DNA of 64,000 nucleotides from Cyanobacteriota bacterium (lineage in GTDB: Bacteria > Cyanobacteriota > Cyanobacteriia > Cyanobacteriales > Nostocaceae), in assembly GCA_046045965.1 (NCBI GenBank), contig JBJOKS010000023.1:1-64000 (forward strand). Reading direction: 5' to 3'. Every line of letters starts with the position of its first letter. Position 1 is the first letter of the stretch. This document shows positions 33,509 through 44,587 of the stretch, piece by piece. The position numbers and the translations under genes are program-made. The notes below the pieces were generated by a model. It was given only the letters and a program-made list of their open reading frames with translations. It had not been told where the DNA came from and made no database searches.

Positions 33509-34489
33509 ATGCCAATATCTACCATTGACAGTAAAGATGCAGCAGCTCTCCATGCAGCTAAAGAAGGGGTTGCTGTGTGCGATCGCTCTCATTGGGGACG
33601 CATCCGTGTTTCTGATGATGACCGTCTGCGGTTTTTACACAACCAAAGTACCAATGATTTTCAGAGCCTCAAACCAGGTGAAGGTTGTGATACTGTGATG
33701 GTGACATCTACAGCCAGGACAATAGATTTAGTAACTGCCTACGTTCTCAATGATACAGTGTTATTGTTAGTTTCACCTCATCGTCGTGCATTTTTGATGG
33801 CATGGTTGGATCGCTATATCTTTTTTGCAGATAAAGTGACATTAACCGATATTACTGATGAAACTGCAACTTTTAGCCTCATTGGACCCCAAAGCGATGC
33901 TATGGTAGAAAAATTGGGGGCTGGTTCACTTATTGGTCAACCCTATGGTAATCATATCCTGGTTGATGGGATAACTTTTGCTGTCGGTAGTGGTTTGACT
34001 AACCCCGGATATACTCTCATTTTCCCAGTAGCTGAAAAACAAAAGGTTTGGCAGCAAATATTAGATCATGGTGCGGTAGAATTGAGCGATCGCACTTGGG
34101 AAACATTGCGAATTTTACAAGGTCGTCCTGCACCAGATTTAGAACTCACCGATGATTATAACCCCCTGGAAGTCGGTTTATGGCAGACAGTTTCTTTTAA
34201 TAAAGGTTGCTACATCGGTCAAGAAACCATTGCCAGACTAAACACCTATAAAGGTGTAAAGCAATACCTCTGGGGAATTCGCCTCAATGCTTCCGCAGAA
34301 CCAGGAACGGTGATTACTATAGGAGATGAAAAAGTCGGTAAACTCACCAGTTACACCCCAACCCCTGATGGTCACTTTGGACTAGGATACATTCGCTCTA
34401 AAGCCGGTGGTGTAGGTTTAACAGTGCAAGTAGGAGAAACCGAAGGGGAAGTTGTTTCAGTTCCCTTTGTCTCTCACGAATATCCTTAG
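33509..34489 (+). CDS. ygfZ: folate-binding protein YgfZ
   Basis: DRLRFLHNQSTND; signature SFNKGCYIGQETIARL. Confidence 0.92.
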   Translation: MPISTIDSKDAAALHAAKEGVAVCDRSHWGRIRVSDDDRLRFLHNQSTNDFQSLKPGEGCDTVMVTSTARTIDLVTAYVLNDTVLLLVSPHRRAFLMAWLDRYIFFADKVTLTDITDETATFSLIGPQSDAMVEKLGAGSLIGQPYGNHILVDGITFAVGSGLTNPGYTLIFPVAEKQKVWQQILDHGAVELSDRTWETLRILQGRPAPDLELTDDYNPLEVGLWQTVSFNKGCYIGQETIARLNTYKGVKQYLWGIRLNASAEPGTVITIGDEKVGKLTSYTPTPDGHFGLGYIRSKAGGVGLTVQVGETEGEVVSVPFVSHEYP

Positions 34490-34490
34490 C

Positions 34491-34739
<249 letters not shown>

Positions 34740-34742
34740 TTA

Positions 34743-35456
34743 TCATTTTACACCCTGACAAAACTCATCTATCCAAGAAGGTAAACTACGGGCATTACTG
34801 CTAGGTGAGATACAGGAAACTTCTTTAACTGGGATGGTCGTAAATTTACTGTTATGATTAAGTTCTGTATGTGGAGTGGGAACTTTTGTAGTAATAGTGA
34901 GTTGAGGGGGTGCTGACTTGTCAGTTCGCCTGGGTGTTTCCTCCAACTCAGAAAGGGACTTGGTTGCAGAATGGTGATGTACTGGTGTAGCTACTGCAAG
35001 CACGGAAACAGCTTGGCGCTTTTGTTCAACACCCGGAGTAATTCTTAATAAAACCTGTTTGCTTTCCTGGGAAGGTATGGAAGGTCGTTTTTCAGATACC
35101 TGAATATTTGCAACAGCAGGTTTACTAACAATTTGGTTTTTAGCTGAAGAACGCTGTAATTTTAATAGACGTAACTCTTCATCAGGATTAAAATGAAGAC
35201 CCAAAGCCACAACTATTTGATCAGGATTATTATTCAAATCCAGAATAAAAGGAAGTATTTGTTTTAACTGCGGTTCCAAAACAGACAGAGTTGCCAAAAT
35301 ATAACCAGATGACGGTCTTCTGACACCATCATAAGAGCGCCAAATTCGCATTTTGACTAGCCAAGGACGATTTTCCTCGCAGTAACTCAGCCACTTCAGT
35401 TTTAAAGATTGACGTAGCTTCTGAATGTCCATCAATTGTCTCGCTTCAGTGAACAA
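34743..35456 (-). CDS. DUF5331-like hypothetical protein
   Basis: MDIQKLRQSLKLKWLSYCEENRPWL..RRPSSGYILATLS..LGLHFNP N-domain, low-complexity tail, WIDEFCQG end. Confidence 0.75.
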   Translation of the reverse strand: MFTEARQLMDIQKLRQSLKLKWLSYCEENRPWLVKMRIWRSYDGVRRPSSGYILATLSVLEPQLKQILPFILDLNNNPDQIVVALGLHFNPDEELRLLKLQRSSAKNQIVSKPAVANIQVSEKRPSIPSQESKQVLLRITPGVEQKRQAVSVLAVATPVHHHSATKSLSELEETPRRTDKSAPPQLTITTKVPTPHTELNHNSKFTTIPVKEVSCISPSSNARSLPSWIDEFCQGVK

Positions 35457-35529
35457 GAGTGCAGTATTCAGTATATTTTAATGTGAGTAATAATTAGTTA
35501 GTAATTGTTGGCTTTTCGCTGACTATAAA

Positions 35530-35874
35530 TTAACCCTGGGGATGAAACCGATGATAAAGCATTTGTTTAACTCTTTGACCACCTAACAAATGTTTTTCTA
35601 CCACTAGGTGTACTTCCAGAGGTAAAACGCGAGAATACCAGACCATCTCAGGTAACACTAACACTATTGGACCGTTACCGCACAGACCCAAACAGCCACT
35701 AGCTGTAACTGTCACATCCGCAACTGGTAACGCCTGAAAAGCTGCTAATACTTCTGCTGCACCTTGTTTTCTACAGCTACGATGTTGGCAGATTTGCACA
35801 CATTTAGTAGATGCTACTTGATCTTCATTTGGTAGATTTAACATTAACAAATCACCTTTTCTATTCAATGTCAC
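35530..35874 (-). CDS. thioredoxin-like [2Fe-2S] ferredoxin
   Basis: C-x4-C...GCLGLCGNGP..VLPEMVWY. Confidence 0.88.
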   Translation of the reverse strand: MTLNRKGDLLMLNLPNEDQVASTKCVQICQHRSCRKQGAAEVLAAFQALPVADVTVTASGCLGLCGNGPIVLVLPEMVWYSRVLPLEVHLVVEKHLLGGQRVKQMLYHRFHPQG

Positions 35875-36650
35875 CTGTCATCTACTGTATCTAAAAAAGA
35901 TAGAGGTTGACTCATATTAGCCGCAAAACCTAAAATTCCCGGATCTCGATGTTCATAAAGTAATTCACCTTGATTATTAAATAAAAATGTGCCACCACGC
36001 TGAGTTAAATAAGCAGATGATGGTACATAAATTGACCAATTTTTTAAAACTTCTACCATATTTCTCAGTCGCAGAGTAGCTAATTCAAAAGGTCTTTGAA
36101 AACCACTCCCACCAGCTAGTTTAAAAAACGAACCTTTAAAAGCAGGTAAAGGAGTACCTTGAATTATTTCCTCATCGCCAAAAAGTTGGGGTGCTTGTTT
36201 ATCTCCCTTATATCCCCGAAAAACTTCTTTTAGTGTTCCCGGACTACCAATACCTGCACACATTAACATTAAATTTAACCAAGATTTCTGAGATTGAGAA
36301 AGTCCAGGAACAGAAACTTTTAAACCTGGATAAAGATTCAGTTCTTGATGTAATTCGGCATTTTCATCAACAAATAAATTTTCTTTAGGAAACCCTGTAT
36401 ATTCGCAGAATTTTATTCCAGAAGTGAGATTACCAATTCCCACTGCACGAATAGAGATTTTTTGATCTGCTAAATTTTGCGCTTCTCGCTGTAACCACCA
36501 AGCATATTCAAGACTATCAAAATCTCCCAATTGAGGCAATACTAAAACGAGAATTTTTGAGGCGCTTTGGCAATTTTCTAACAAAGCTTTGATACTGCGA
36601 TCACTCACACATTGAAGTTTAGTTTGAGAAAAAATAGTGTAGGAATTCAT
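35871..36650 (-). CDS. peroxiredoxin-like (AhpC-TSA_2) family protein
   Basis: QLGDFDSLEY, GIGSPGTLKEVFRGY, RPFELATLRL, TQRGGTFLF. Confidence 0.75.
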   Translation of the reverse strand: MNSYTIFSQTKLQCVSDRSIKALLENCQSASKILVLVLPQLGDFDSLEYAWWLQREAQNLADQKISIRAVGIGNLTSGIKFCEYTGFPKENLFVDENAELHQELNLYPGLKVSVPGLSQSQKSWLNLMLMCAGIGSPGTLKEVFRGYKGDKQAPQLFGDEEIIQGTPLPAFKGSFFKLAGGSGFQRPFELATLRLRNMVEVLKNWSIYVPSSAYLTQRGGTFLFNNQGELLYEHRDPGILGFAANMSQPLSFLDTVDDR

Positions 36651-36848
36651 GGGATTTTAGATTTTAGATTTTGGATTTTAGAGGATGTTTGACAAGTGAA
36701 TATTATTCAGTTAAAAATTTGAAAATATCTTCTAAAACTCAGATTTCTCTGTGTACTCTGTGCCTGGAGTAGTTCGTTATTCATAAAAAAATACATCTTG
36801 TCATCGTCCCCATTTTACAACAAGAGACGATGAATCAAAGAAAAAAAC

Positions 36849-37823
36849 CTAACTAACAGACAAACCCTTACTAGCTAACCATTCTTGATTAAATATGCGT
36901 GACTGATAGCGAGAACCACTGTCACACAAGATGGTAACTATAGTATGTCCTGGTCCCAATTGTTTAGCCAAAGCCACCGCAGCACCAACATTAATTCCTG
37001 TTGAACCACCCATTAACAAACCATCTTTTCTTAACAGTTGATAAACCACTCGTAAAGCTTCGTGATCATCAATTTGAATGGCATCATCAATAGGTGATCC
37101 TTCCATATTAGCTGTAATTCTACTATTACCAATTCCTTCAGTAATAGAATTACCTTCTATTTTGATTTCGCCGGTTTTGACATAACTATATAAACCGCTA
37201 CCCATCGGGTCAGCAACGACACATTTAATATTTGGGTTCTTTTCTTTCAAACACATCGCTACACCTGCAAAAGTCCCACCTGTACCAGTTGCTGCTACCC
37301 AACCATCTATTTTACCTTCTGTCTGTGTCCAAATTTCCTGGCCTGTGGTTTCGTAATGGGCGTTACGGTTAGCTAAATTATCAAATTGATTTGCCCAAAT
37401 GGCGTTTTCCATTTCGGCTGCAATTCTACCAGATAATTTAACGTAATTATTAGGGTCTTTGTAGGGTACAGCAGGAACAGGACGAACTTCCGCCCCCAAG
37501 GTTGTCAGCGCGTCTATTTTCTCTTGAGATTGGGTATTAGGAATAATAATCAGGCATTTATAACCTTTAGCATTACAAATGTGCGCTAGTCCAATTCCAG
37601 TGTTACCAGCAGTTCCTTCTACTACCGTACCACCGGGTTTGAGTAAGCCTTTTTTTTCTGCGTCTTCGATGATGTAGAGTGCTGCACGGTCTTTGACAGA
37701 ACCACCAGGATTGAGAAATTCTGCTTTGGCCAAAATTTCACATCCAGTTTCTTCACTAAAACTGTTTAAGCGAATCAGTGGCGTGTTGCCAATAGTGCCG
37801 ATAAATCCTTGTTTGATATTCAT
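36849..37823 (-). CDS. cysK: cysteine synthase A
   Basis: [20 protein letters not shown] (PLP lysine), [26 protein letters not shown]. Confidence 0.9.
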   Translation of the reverse strand: MNIKQGFIGTIGNTPLIRLNSFSEETGCEILAKAEFLNPGGSVKDRAALYIIEDAEKKGLLKPGGTVVEGTAGNTGIGLAHICNAKGYKCLIIIPNTQSQEKIDALTTLGAEVRPVPAVPYKDPNNYVKLSGRIAAEMENAIWANQFDNLANRNAHYETTGQEIWTQTEGKIDGWVAATGTGGTFAGVAMCLKEKNPNIKCVVADPMGSGLYSYVKTGEIKIEGNSITEGIGNSRITANMEGSPIDDAIQIDDHEALRVVYQLLRKDGLLMGGSTGINVGAAVALAKQLGPGHTIVTILCDSGSRYQSRIFNQEWLASKGLSVS

Positions 37824-37978
37824 GTTAATTGTTTTGAGTTCTTTCTTCTCAAATTTTGCCGTATTGCTGAATATATTTACAATCTTTTACACTTCCCCAG
37901 GTCAGAAATTTTGTGCATAATTCCCTGGAAGTAGTTCAAAAAGCGTAGGTTATAATACAGGGTAATTGACTACAGAGA

Positions 37979-38085
37979 TACAGCACTTTCCGGTATCATG
38001 ATGTACACTATGGGCGGGCAAGATGCCCACCCCACAAGAGTTTTATTATTATGATTTGTACCTCATAGCAATAAAATATGCTGTA
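37979..38085. mobile_element. TACAGCA...TGCTGTA MITE-like element with a nested REP-like hairpin
   Basis: inverted ends, subterminal ATGATGTACA/TGTACCTCAT, internal GGGCGGGCAAGATGCCCACCC hairpin. Confidence 0.6.
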
Positions 38086-38186
38086 AAAGCAATCTAGCAA
38101 TAGAATCGAAATTCCAGAAGATGAAATAAAGTTTGATTAATATTTAAATTAAATTAAATTAAATTAAATTAAATTAACAATAAAAA

Positions 38187-38771
38187 CTACCAAATTTTTG
38201 CCATATTCAAAACAAAACCTGGTAAAATTGGCTCACAATTTACAGTTTCAGGATTTTCTAAACATTCTTCTGTTTGTCCAGGACGATAAATATAAACTCG
38301 GCGATTTTTACGATCAATTAATAATCCTAATTGTATTCCTGGTTCTTCCATATATTCAATCATTTTCTCTTTTAATGGTTGTAAATTATCGGAAGATGAT
38401 CTTAATTCAATGATAAAATCAGGACAAATGGGAGCAAATTTTTGCTGTTGCTCTGGTGTCAAAGTATTCCATCTTTCTAATTTGATCCAAGAAGCATCGG
38501 GAGAACGGTCTGCACCTGTGCAAAGTTTAAAACCTGTACTGGAAGAAAAAGCAATACCCGTACCATCTTTTTCTGACCATACCCACAACTGTCCTAGAAT
38601 ATTGATTTCTCTATTTCCGGTTTCTGAACCTGCTGGTGACATAATTGATATTTCCCCAAATTTATTTCTCTCAATGCGTAAGTTACGGTTGACTTGACAG
38701 AAATCAAAAAATTGTTCATCTGTCATTTTAACTGATGATGGTAGCTGAAAAACTATAGGTGATGACAGCAT
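38187..38771 (-). CDS. Uma2 family putative endonuclease
   Basis: DEQFFDFCQVNRNLRIER, FSSSTGF, RSPDASWI, CPDFIIELRS. Confidence 0.92.
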   Translation of the reverse strand: MLSSPIVFQLPSSVKMTDEQFFDFCQVNRNLRIERNKFGEISIMSPAGSETGNREINILGQLWVWSEKDGTGIAFSSSTGFKLCTGADRSPDASWIKLERWNTLTPEQQQKFAPICPDFIIELRSSSDNLQPLKEKMIEYMEEPGIQLGLLIDRKNRRVYIYRPGQTEECLENPETVNCEPILPGFVLNMAKIW

Positions 38772-38881
38772 TATCTTTAATCCTAATTTGCTGATCTAAC
38801 TTCTTTTATTATATATAAAAAATGGTGGGTTAACGACTGTGTAACCCACCCTAAGCAGAGAAATATTGATGTTACTGAAAA

Positions 38882-39520
38882 TTATTTGTTGGGTTGGGGT
38901 GTCATCCGCAAATAAGGTTTGATTTCTTGATAACCTTTGGGGAATTTCTCTTTGAGAACTGCGGGATCTTTCAAAGATGGAACAATTACGCAGTCTTCAC
39001 CATCTTTCCAGTCTGCTGGTGTAGCAACGCTGTAATTATCAGTTAATTGCAAAGAATCAATTACTCGCAATAGTTCATCAAAGTTGCGTCCGGTGCTGGG
39101 GGGGTAGGTGAAAGAAAGACGCAGTTTTTTGTTAGGATCAATAACAAATACAGAACGCACTGTGATGTTTGCAGCTGCATTGGGATGAATCATATCATAA
39201 AGGTCAGAAACCTTTTTGTCTGCATCTGCCAAAATTGGGTAGTTGAGGGTGGTGCTTTGGGTTTCTTCAATATCTCCCACCCAACCATTATGAGAGTCTA
39301 CATCATCAACGCTGAGAGCGATCGCTTTAACGTTACGTTTGTCAAATTCTGGTTTTAACTTCGCAACTGTACCTAATTCTGTTGTGCAAACAGGTGTATA
39401 GTCAGCAGGGTGAGAAAACAGCACTACCCAGCTGTTACCTGCCCATTCGTAAAAATCTATGTCGCCGTGTGTAGAGGCTTGTGTAAAGTTGGGTACTGTA
39501 TCACCAAGACGGAGAGCCAT
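38882..39520 (-). CDS. 1-Cys peroxiredoxin
   Basis: FSHPADYTPVCTTE, YPPSTGRNFDE, ATPADW. Confidence 0.95.
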   Translation of the reverse strand: MALRLGDTVPNFTQASTHGDIDFYEWAGNSWVVLFSHPADYTPVCTTELGTVAKLKPEFDKRNVKAIALSVDDVDSHNGWVGDIEETQSTTLNYPILADADKKVSDLYDMIHPNAAANITVRSVFVIDPNKKLRLSFTYPPSTGRNFDELLRVIDSLQLTDNYSVATPADWKDGEDCVIVPSLKDPAVLKEKFPKGYQEIKPYLRMTPQPNK

Positions 39521-39705
39521 GCTAGATTCCCTGTAATTAGAAAAGATAACTATTTTACTGTGTCATCATGACACAAAACAACTATTATCCCATCAAGATT
39601 TCCCTGCTTGCAACAAAATTTTATTTTTTTTAACTTTTGGTGACATTAAAACATAATAATTGAAAATTCATTTTCCCATATTCAGCAAAATTCAGGATTT
39701 TCAGC

Positions 39706-40875
39706 CTATTTTTTGATAACTTCTTGATATGCCTGAATTATTTGTTGTGCGATCGCATCCCAACTAAAATTCTGTAAAGCATATTTTTGAGCATTTAATC
39801 CCCGTTTTTGACATTCTTGGGGGTTTGATAAAGCTGTTGTTAATAACTTCACTATTGATTCTACATCCGTTTTCCCCACCCAACCAGACTCACTATCTAG
39901 CACCTGTTGATAAATATGCACTTGATCAGAAATAACCACTGGTGTACCATTTACCATTGCTTCTGCAACAGCAATACCAAAATTTTCATAGTATGAAGGT
40001 AACACAAATAAATCAGCAGTTTGTAATAAACTGGTTTTTGTTTCTCCTGTGACAAACCCTGTAATGGTGGTATGTGATTTTAAAATTGAATTTTCAATTT
40101 CAGATTTAATTTTCTGTTCATAAATTGGATCTTGAGGATTCGTTCCCGCTAAGATAAAATGAAAATCTAAACCTGTTGTTAATAATTTTTCTAGTGCAGG
40201 AATTAATAAATCTAAACCTTTTTTCGGATCAATGCGGGACATAAATAAAATTACAGGTTTATCACTGGGAATACCAAACTTATTTCTCACATCTTCGCTA
40301 TTAGTTTTGGGAGGAATAACACCTAAAGGAATTACTAAATCTTTTGTTGTTACTCCAAACCTTGCTGATATTTTTGCTTCTTGTTCGCTTGTAAAATGAA
40401 TTGCGGCTGCACCTGCTATATTACCACGTTCTAAAAGTGCAACATAAAGCTTTTTTAATTTTTTTTTCTTTTGTAAATCTGCTGGATCAAGTGTTCCTAA
40501 AGGACGTAAAATATAAGGTAGATTTTGTTGTCTACAAACAATAGCTGCTGCACTACTAATAGGAGAAAATAAAGCATGAATATGGGCAATATCAAAATTT
40601 TTAGCGTTATCTTTTAACCATTTTAATAAATCAACTGAAAACTTATACCTACGAAATGGCGCACAGCGAAAATAAATAATTTCATAACCATCTTTTTTGA
40701 TGGCAATATTTAAAGGTACATCCAGTGGTTTTTGTCCATTATCACCATTACTATCAGTAGTCAAAATGGTAACTTCTACATTTGCTTTTGCTAAGGCTGG
40801 TGCTAGTCCTAAAACCATTTGACTAGGACCACCATAGATGAGAGAAATAGAGGGAACAATTTGTAATATTCTCAT
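39706..40875 (-). CDS. hpsP: GT4 glycosyltransferase, HpsP-like
   Basis: GGPSQMV, RPLGTLDP, SRIDPKKGL, ENFGIAVAEAM; last gene of the hps-like cluster. Confidence 0.8.
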   Translation of the reverse strand: MRILQIVPSISLIYGGPSQMVLGLAPALAKANVEVTILTTDSNGDNGQKPLDVPLNIAIKKDGYEIIYFRCAPFRRYKFSVDLLKWLKDNAKNFDIAHIHALFSPISSAAAIVCRQQNLPYILRPLGTLDPADLQKKKKLKKLYVALLERGNIAGAAAIHFTSEQEAKISARFGVTTKDLVIPLGVIPPKTNSEDVRNKFGIPSDKPVILFMSRIDPKKGLDLLIPALEKLLTTGLDFHFILAGTNPQDPIYEQKIKSEIENSILKSHTTITGFVTGETKTSLLQTADLFVLPSYYENFGIAVAEAMVNGTPVVISDQVHIYQQVLDSESGWVGKTDVESIVKLLTTALSNPQECQKRGLNAQKYALQNFSWDAIAQQIIQAYQEVIKK

Positions 40876-40899
40876 GATTAATTCTTAGTTATTAATTTA

Positions 40900-41006
40900 C
40901 TCGTTCCTATACTCTGTATGGGAATGAATTTTTAAAGGCTCTGCCTTTAGTTATATCAGAGTCAGAGACTCTTTGATAGCATTCCCAGTTAGAAACTGGG
41001 AACGAG
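40900..41006. repeat. multi-hairpin REPIN-like element
   Basis: CTCGTTCC...GGAACGAG ends with internal hairpins; inverted related copy at 62382-62488. Confidence 0.75.
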
Positions 41007-42176
41007 ATATGACATTAATTGTTGATAAAATTCATATTGTTGTTTAGCAATAGCTTTATTTGTATATTTAACCATTGCTTTTTCATAACCCATTTCCCCT
41101 AACTTAGCAGCTAAACCTGGTTTTTCCATTAACTGCAATAAACAATTAGCTAAAGCTTGAGTATCACCTTCAGGGAAAATCAAACCAGCATCACCAATAA
41201 CATGAGGAATTTCCCCAGAGTCGGAACCAATAACAGGTACTTTACAAGCCATTGCTTCAATTAAAACATGACCAAATTGTTCTTTCCAACCTACAGCAGT
41301 GAGGGTTTTAAATTTATAAGTAGTTTCGGAAGGAAGAACCAAAGTATTCATGACATTGATATAATTTGCAACTTCATTATGCGGTACGCTTTCTACTATT
41401 ATGAGTTTTTCTCGAATGTTATTTTCTGTGGCTATTTTTAAGATTTCTTCCTGTAATTCTCCTCTACCTAATAGTAATAATTTCCAAGGTTTATCTTTGA
41501 TATTTACCAATGCTTTTAACAGTGTTAATAAACCTTTTTCTGGAACAAATCTACCGACAAAACCGACTACAAAATCATGTTGATTAATTCCTAAATTAGC
41601 TGCTAATTCTGGTTGTGGTTGCGGTGTAAAGAGAGTTTCATCTACACCCAACTGAGGCAGAACTTTAATTGCTCCTTCATATCCGCGTTGACGCAAAATA
41701 TCAGCCCCATCTTGATTACCAGAAATAATACCATGACTATTATTTAAGTTATACTTTTCTAATAGTGCAACTGGTAATTTTAATTCATAAGGTAAATTCC
41801 ACCAGGTGAAAAATACATTTTTGGCTTTTAGTCCTAATAATTGATTTAAAATAATCATTTGTGTATAAGCCAAACCTCTAGAACCTTGTTCGACATGAAT
41901 AATTTGGGGACGAAACTTTTGTAATAAACTAATTAAGTCAGCACCGAAAGTTAGTAGTCCTTGATGGTTTTGGCTAAAATTAGATATTGGGACTATTTTA
42001 AATGTGCCTTCATCACGATATTCTGTTTCAATAATTCGGTTTTGTACTCCTCCTGGTCGCCACTTTTTGGGAACTACAACTGTGACTTCAATTCCTGGTT
42101 CTAGTTTGGCTAAAGCCCGTAATTTTTCACAGTTCAGGTCTACTATATAGGTATGACTAGCAACTAAAATTCTCAT
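40989..42176 (-). CDS. hpsO: GT4 glycosyltransferase, HpsO-like
   Basis: MRILVASHTYIVDLNCEK, GRFVPEKG, WKEQFGHVLIEAMAC. Confidence 0.8.
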   Translation of the reverse strand: MRILVASHTYIVDLNCEKLRALAKLEPGIEVTVVVPKKWRPGGVQNRIIETEYRDEGTFKIVPISNFSQNHQGLLTFGADLISLLQKFRPQIIHVEQGSRGLAYTQMIILNQLLGLKAKNVFFTWWNLPYELKLPVALLEKYNLNNSHGIISGNQDGADILRQRGYEGAIKVLPQLGVDETLFTPQPQPELAANLGINQHDFVVGFVGRFVPEKGLLTLLKALVNIKDKPWKLLLLGRGELQEEILKIATENNIREKLIIVESVPHNEVANYINVMNTLVLPSETTYKFKTLTAVGWKEQFGHVLIEAMACKVPVIGSDSGEIPHVIGDAGLIFPEGDTQALANCLLQLMEKPGLAAKLGEMGYEKAMVKYTNKAIAKQQYEFYQQLMSYLVPSF

Positions 42177-42227
42177 GATAGTTTTTCCAGATCAATTGAC
42201 TTATCCTGACTCCTAACTCCTGACTCC

Positions 42228-43208
42228 TTAAATTTGTTGATCTAAACGACTGTAAATTTGTCCATCATTCCATACTGATTGAATCATGCTACCCACAGCT
42301 TTGAGAAAACCTAAACAATAGAAAATACCGCGAGTGGCAATTTTAATAGGAGAACCGCTTTTATAACAAGGAGGGTTTCCAAGAACATGACAGTCAAATA
42401 AACGTCCGTAAAATCGTAAAGCTTGGGTAAAGGTGAGGTTTTTTAAACCGAGTAAAAAATGATTGTGATAGAAGGTAAATTGATATTCGAGCGATCGCAT
42501 ACTAATATCATGACAACCCCCAGTTTCTTCCCCCAAATGCACTAAATAAGCATCTGGATCGTACCAAATTTTATACCCAGTTTTTCTAAACCTTAAACAA
42601 AAATCTGATTCTTCCCGTACTGCACTACCCCGAAACCTTTCATCAAACTTGATCCCGTACTTAGTAAAAACATCCCGACGGAAAGACATATTGCAACCTC
42701 TAGCTGTTAATACTTGCTGAGGTTTGGTAGTATGGACTAAATCAATATGATACCAAGCAATACCAGGGTCCATTGCTTCCGGAGGTAAATATTCAATTTC
42801 CAATTCTCCCCCAGAATCACCTAATTTCATTCTGTCAAATACGCGACCTGCCACTGCGCCTATTTCTGGGTTTTCCACATAATTCTTAGCATGAGTGGCT
42901 AAAAAGCCCGGTGTTAATTGTACATCATCATCAATAAATAAAATAATCTCACCGGATGATCTGCGTACAGCATAGTTTCGCGCTCCTGGTAAACTAGCCC
43001 AATCTAAGCGAAACAGTTTAATTTTACCAGATGTAGCCATTTCATCTAAAAAAGCTTGAGTATCTGGTTCATGGGTTTGGGTTTGATCCACTACCAAAAC
43101 TTCAAACTGGGGATAATCTTGTTTTAAGACATCAACAATACTATCTCGTAGCAGTTTTTCTCTTCTGTATGTAGGGATAACTACTGAAATTAACGGGCAA
43201 TTATTCAT
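42228..43208 (-). CDS. hpsN: GT2 glycosyltransferase, HpsN-like
   Basis: SVVIPTY, VVDQ, FIDDD, GCNMSFRR, REESDF. Confidence 0.8.
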   Translation of the reverse strand: MNNCPLISVVIPTYRREKLLRDSIVDVLKQDYPQFEVLVVDQTQTHEPDTQAFLDEMATSGKIKLFRLDWASLPGARNYAVRRSSGEIILFIDDDVQLTPGFLATHAKNYVENPEIGAVAGRVFDRMKLGDSGGELEIEYLPPEAMDPGIAWYHIDLVHTTKPQQVLTARGCNMSFRRDVFTKYGIKFDERFRGSAVREESDFCLRFRKTGYKIWYDPDAYLVHLGEETGGCHDISMRSLEYQFTFYHNHFLLGLKNLTFTQALRFYGRLFDCHVLGNPPCYKSGSPIKIATRGIFYCLGFLKAVGSMIQSVWNDGQIYSRLDQQI

Positions 43209-43276
43209 ATTTTTATACTCTCTATTAAATTATGCTTGTTGGATACTGTGACAGTAATAATTAATGTTATTTTACT

Positions 43277-44482
43277 TCAGTATAATCCTGCTGCTGTGGT
43301 ATAGAGGTGATCGAATAACTGATTTTGCTTTTCAGCGTTATTGAGATTTTGCACGTGATTCAACGCTCCTGCACTCAGGATTTCATAATGTTCTTTTTTG
43401 TCTGTTCTATCTAAAAATTGGTTAATTTCTTGTAAAGACATTTCTACTAAATCATTGTAGGTGGTATTCAAAATCCCCCAATATTCTTCAGTGCTAGTTT
43501 TTTCGCCATGTAACCAATTACTCCAGTGCCTTATTTTATTTAGTGGTAATTCCAAAACATATCCATTTTTACCATGTTGAACTATCTCTGGTAAAGCGCA
43601 TACATTGGTTGTGAATGCTGGAGTACCTACAGAAAAGCCTTCAATTATACTGTAGCCATAGGTATCCATTAATGTTGGCATAAATTGAAAGTCACAGTTG
43701 GCTAACAAATCTAGCACTGATTGATTAGAAATTTGTTTGTGAAAAACAACATTACTTAAATCCAGCAATTTTAAATCTTCTAGATACCTATTAGCATCAG
43801 GAAAATCAGTAGGTACACCTTGACCACGCCCTAATGCTGATACTATATGGATGGTGATAGGTAATCCTAATTGTTCAGCTTTTTTCGCTAATCTTAAAGC
43901 CACAATTCCACCTTTTCTAGCAATATGATTGCCAATAAAAACAAGTTGCAGATTTGATTTATTCTGATAGGTCTTAGGATGTTGAGCATTTATAAAAAAA
44001 TTGGGATGTATGATTTCCAATTTTTGGTTTAATTTCTCATACTCATCCCATTGGTCTACAGTTCTTAAAAAACGTAATTTGGCATAATCAGAAATAGCAA
44101 TTATTTTATGACAATTATCTAGGGACAAACGATGATTTAAAAACTTGTAAAATTTTTCTTCTGTTGTATTCCTGGGTCCTCGATATAAAAACCGATGATC
44201 TTCAAAAGTAATAAACCAAGGTTTATTAGTATATATAATTCTATTGAAAGAGTGAATTACGTCATATCCCCCCCATACAGGTTGCCAAGGAATCAAGCTG
44301 CCTAAAGGATACCAGATATTTGCTATTGGATAACGTCCTACAGGAAAAAATTTGGGACGGATCAGATGATGTTGAGAAAGCCGAGGTATATTGGCATTGC
44401 TCAGGTGTTTTTGACCTCCAAGCACTATTTTAAGTTGATGTTTTCTTTCTTGATTTTGATTTGAGTTAATTTGGTTATTCAT
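43277..44482 (-). CDS. GT4 family glycosyltransferase
   Basis: FIGNHIARKGG, DTYGYSIIEGFSVGTP, ALPEIV..NG. Confidence 0.82.
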   Translation of the reverse strand: MNNQINSNQNQERKHQLKIVLGGQKHLSNANIPRLSQHHLIRPKFFPVGRYPIANIWYPLGSLIPWQPVWGGYDVIHSFNRIIYTNKPWFITFEDHRFLYRGPRNTTEEKFYKFLNHRLSLDNCHKIIAISDYAKLRFLRTVDQWDEYEKLNQKLEIIHPNFFINAQHPKTYQNKSNLQLVFIGNHIARKGGIVALRLAKKAEQLGLPITIHIVSALGRGQGVPTDFPDANRYLEDLKLLDLSNVVFHKQISNQSVLDLLANCDFQFMPTLMDTYGYSIIEGFSVGTPAFTTNVCALPEIVQHGKNGYVLELPLNKIRHWSNWLHGEKTSTEEYWGILNTTYNDLVEMSLQEINQFLDRTDKKEHYEILSAGALNHVQNLNNAEKQNQLFDHLYTTAAGLY

Positions 44483-44587
44483 AATACAGGGACTCTTTTG
44501 TTGATATTTATGTTTGTATAATTTTGCTGGTTGATCGAGCTATTTTTTATTTAACAGCATATTTTCTAGCCGGGTAATTACTAATTT

